Positions 63,200 to 64,000 of a DNA stretch of 64,000 bases are shown piece by piece. This DNA comes from Scyliorhinus canicula (Eukaryota), in assembly GCF_902713615.1 (NCBI RefSeq), contig NC_052151.1, forward strand, positions 220,498,863-220,562,862, given 5' to 3'. The position numbers and the translations under genes are program-made. The notes under the pieces were generated by a model, which saw only the letters and a list, made by a program, of their open reading frames with translations, had not been told where the DNA came from and ran no database searches. Each line of letters opens with the position of its first letter. Within the stretch, counting starts at the first letter, position 1.

Positions 63200-64000
63200 T
63201 TCCGTGGTCATGCTTTTGTGCTGACCGAAGGTGTTCTGCAAAATGGTAAGAAGTCTTACAACACCAGGTTAAAGTCCAACAGGTTTGTTTCAAACACGAG
63301 CTTTCGGAGCACGGCTCCTTCTTCAGGTAAATGGAAAGGCTTGTTCCAGAAATGTTTATATAGACACAGTCAGAGATGCCCCGGAATGCGAGCACCTGCA
63401 GGCAATCAAATCATCAAAGATGCAGAGAGAGAGGTAACTCCAGGTTAAAGAGGTGTGAATTGTCCCAAGCCAGTTCAGTCGGTAGGCCTCTGCAAGTCCA
63501 GGCTTATTGGTGGGGGCCGAATGTAATGCGACATGAATCCCAGATCCCGGTTGAGTCCGCATTCATGCGTGCGGAACTTAGCTATAAGTTTTTGCTCAGC
63601 AATTTTGCGTTGTCGCGTCTCCTGAAGGCCTCCTTGTAGAATGCTGACCCGGAGATCAAAGGCTGAATGTCCTTGACTGCTGAAGTGTTCCCCAACTGGA
63701 AGGGAACAGTCCTGCCTGTTGATAGTCGCACGATGCCCGTTTATTCGTTGTCGCAGTGTCTGCATGGTCTCGCCAATGTACCACGCTTCGGGACATCCTT
63801 TCCTGCAGCGTATGAGGTAGACTACATTGGTCGAGTCGCACGAGTATGCGCCGCGTACCTGGTGGGTGGTGTTTCCACGTGTAATGGTGGTGTCCATGTC
63901 GATGATCTGGCATGTCTTGCAGAGATTACCCTGGCAGGGTTTTGTGGTGTTGTGGTTGCTGTTCTGAAGGCTGGGTAATTTGCTGCAAACAATGGTTTGT
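63200..64000 (-). mobile_element. Penelope-like element 3' part (GIY-YIG), continues past the window end
   Basis: Minus ORF 63475-63897: YSCDSTNVVYLIRCRKGCPEAWYIGETMQTLRQRINGHR..HFSSQGH..RKIAEQKLIAKF..GLNRDLG. Confidence 0.93.

Overview
Vertebrate genomic DNA, almost certainly a cartilaginous fish (repeat content suggests a catshark-like species; inference). It is part of a T-cell receptor beta V-segment array embedded in dense retroelement debris (CR1, L1, Penelope, Gypsy, tRNA-derived SINEs). All V segments lie on the + strand; intact ones end in a heptamer/23-bp spacer/nonamer RSS. No D, J or C segment was found. Five V segments have intact leader+V exons (12142, 37533, 41639, 45867, 53576). 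One has an intact V exon but an out-of-phase leader (55726/55873), two are pseudogenes (5960, 9303) and one is a leader/intron relic (44581). Much of the array derives from a segmental duplication (~950-16200 vs ~30480-50480) with asymmetric V loss. Top leads: (1) a non-beta-looking (TRDV2/IgL-like) V with an extra CDR2 Cys pair and an upstream perfect octamer inside the TRB array; (2) a tightly linked V pair that may share one leader exon; (3) an ORF1-only L1 derivative replacing most of a V exon. Repeat boundaries are approximate; family assignments come from remembered motifs, not database searches.
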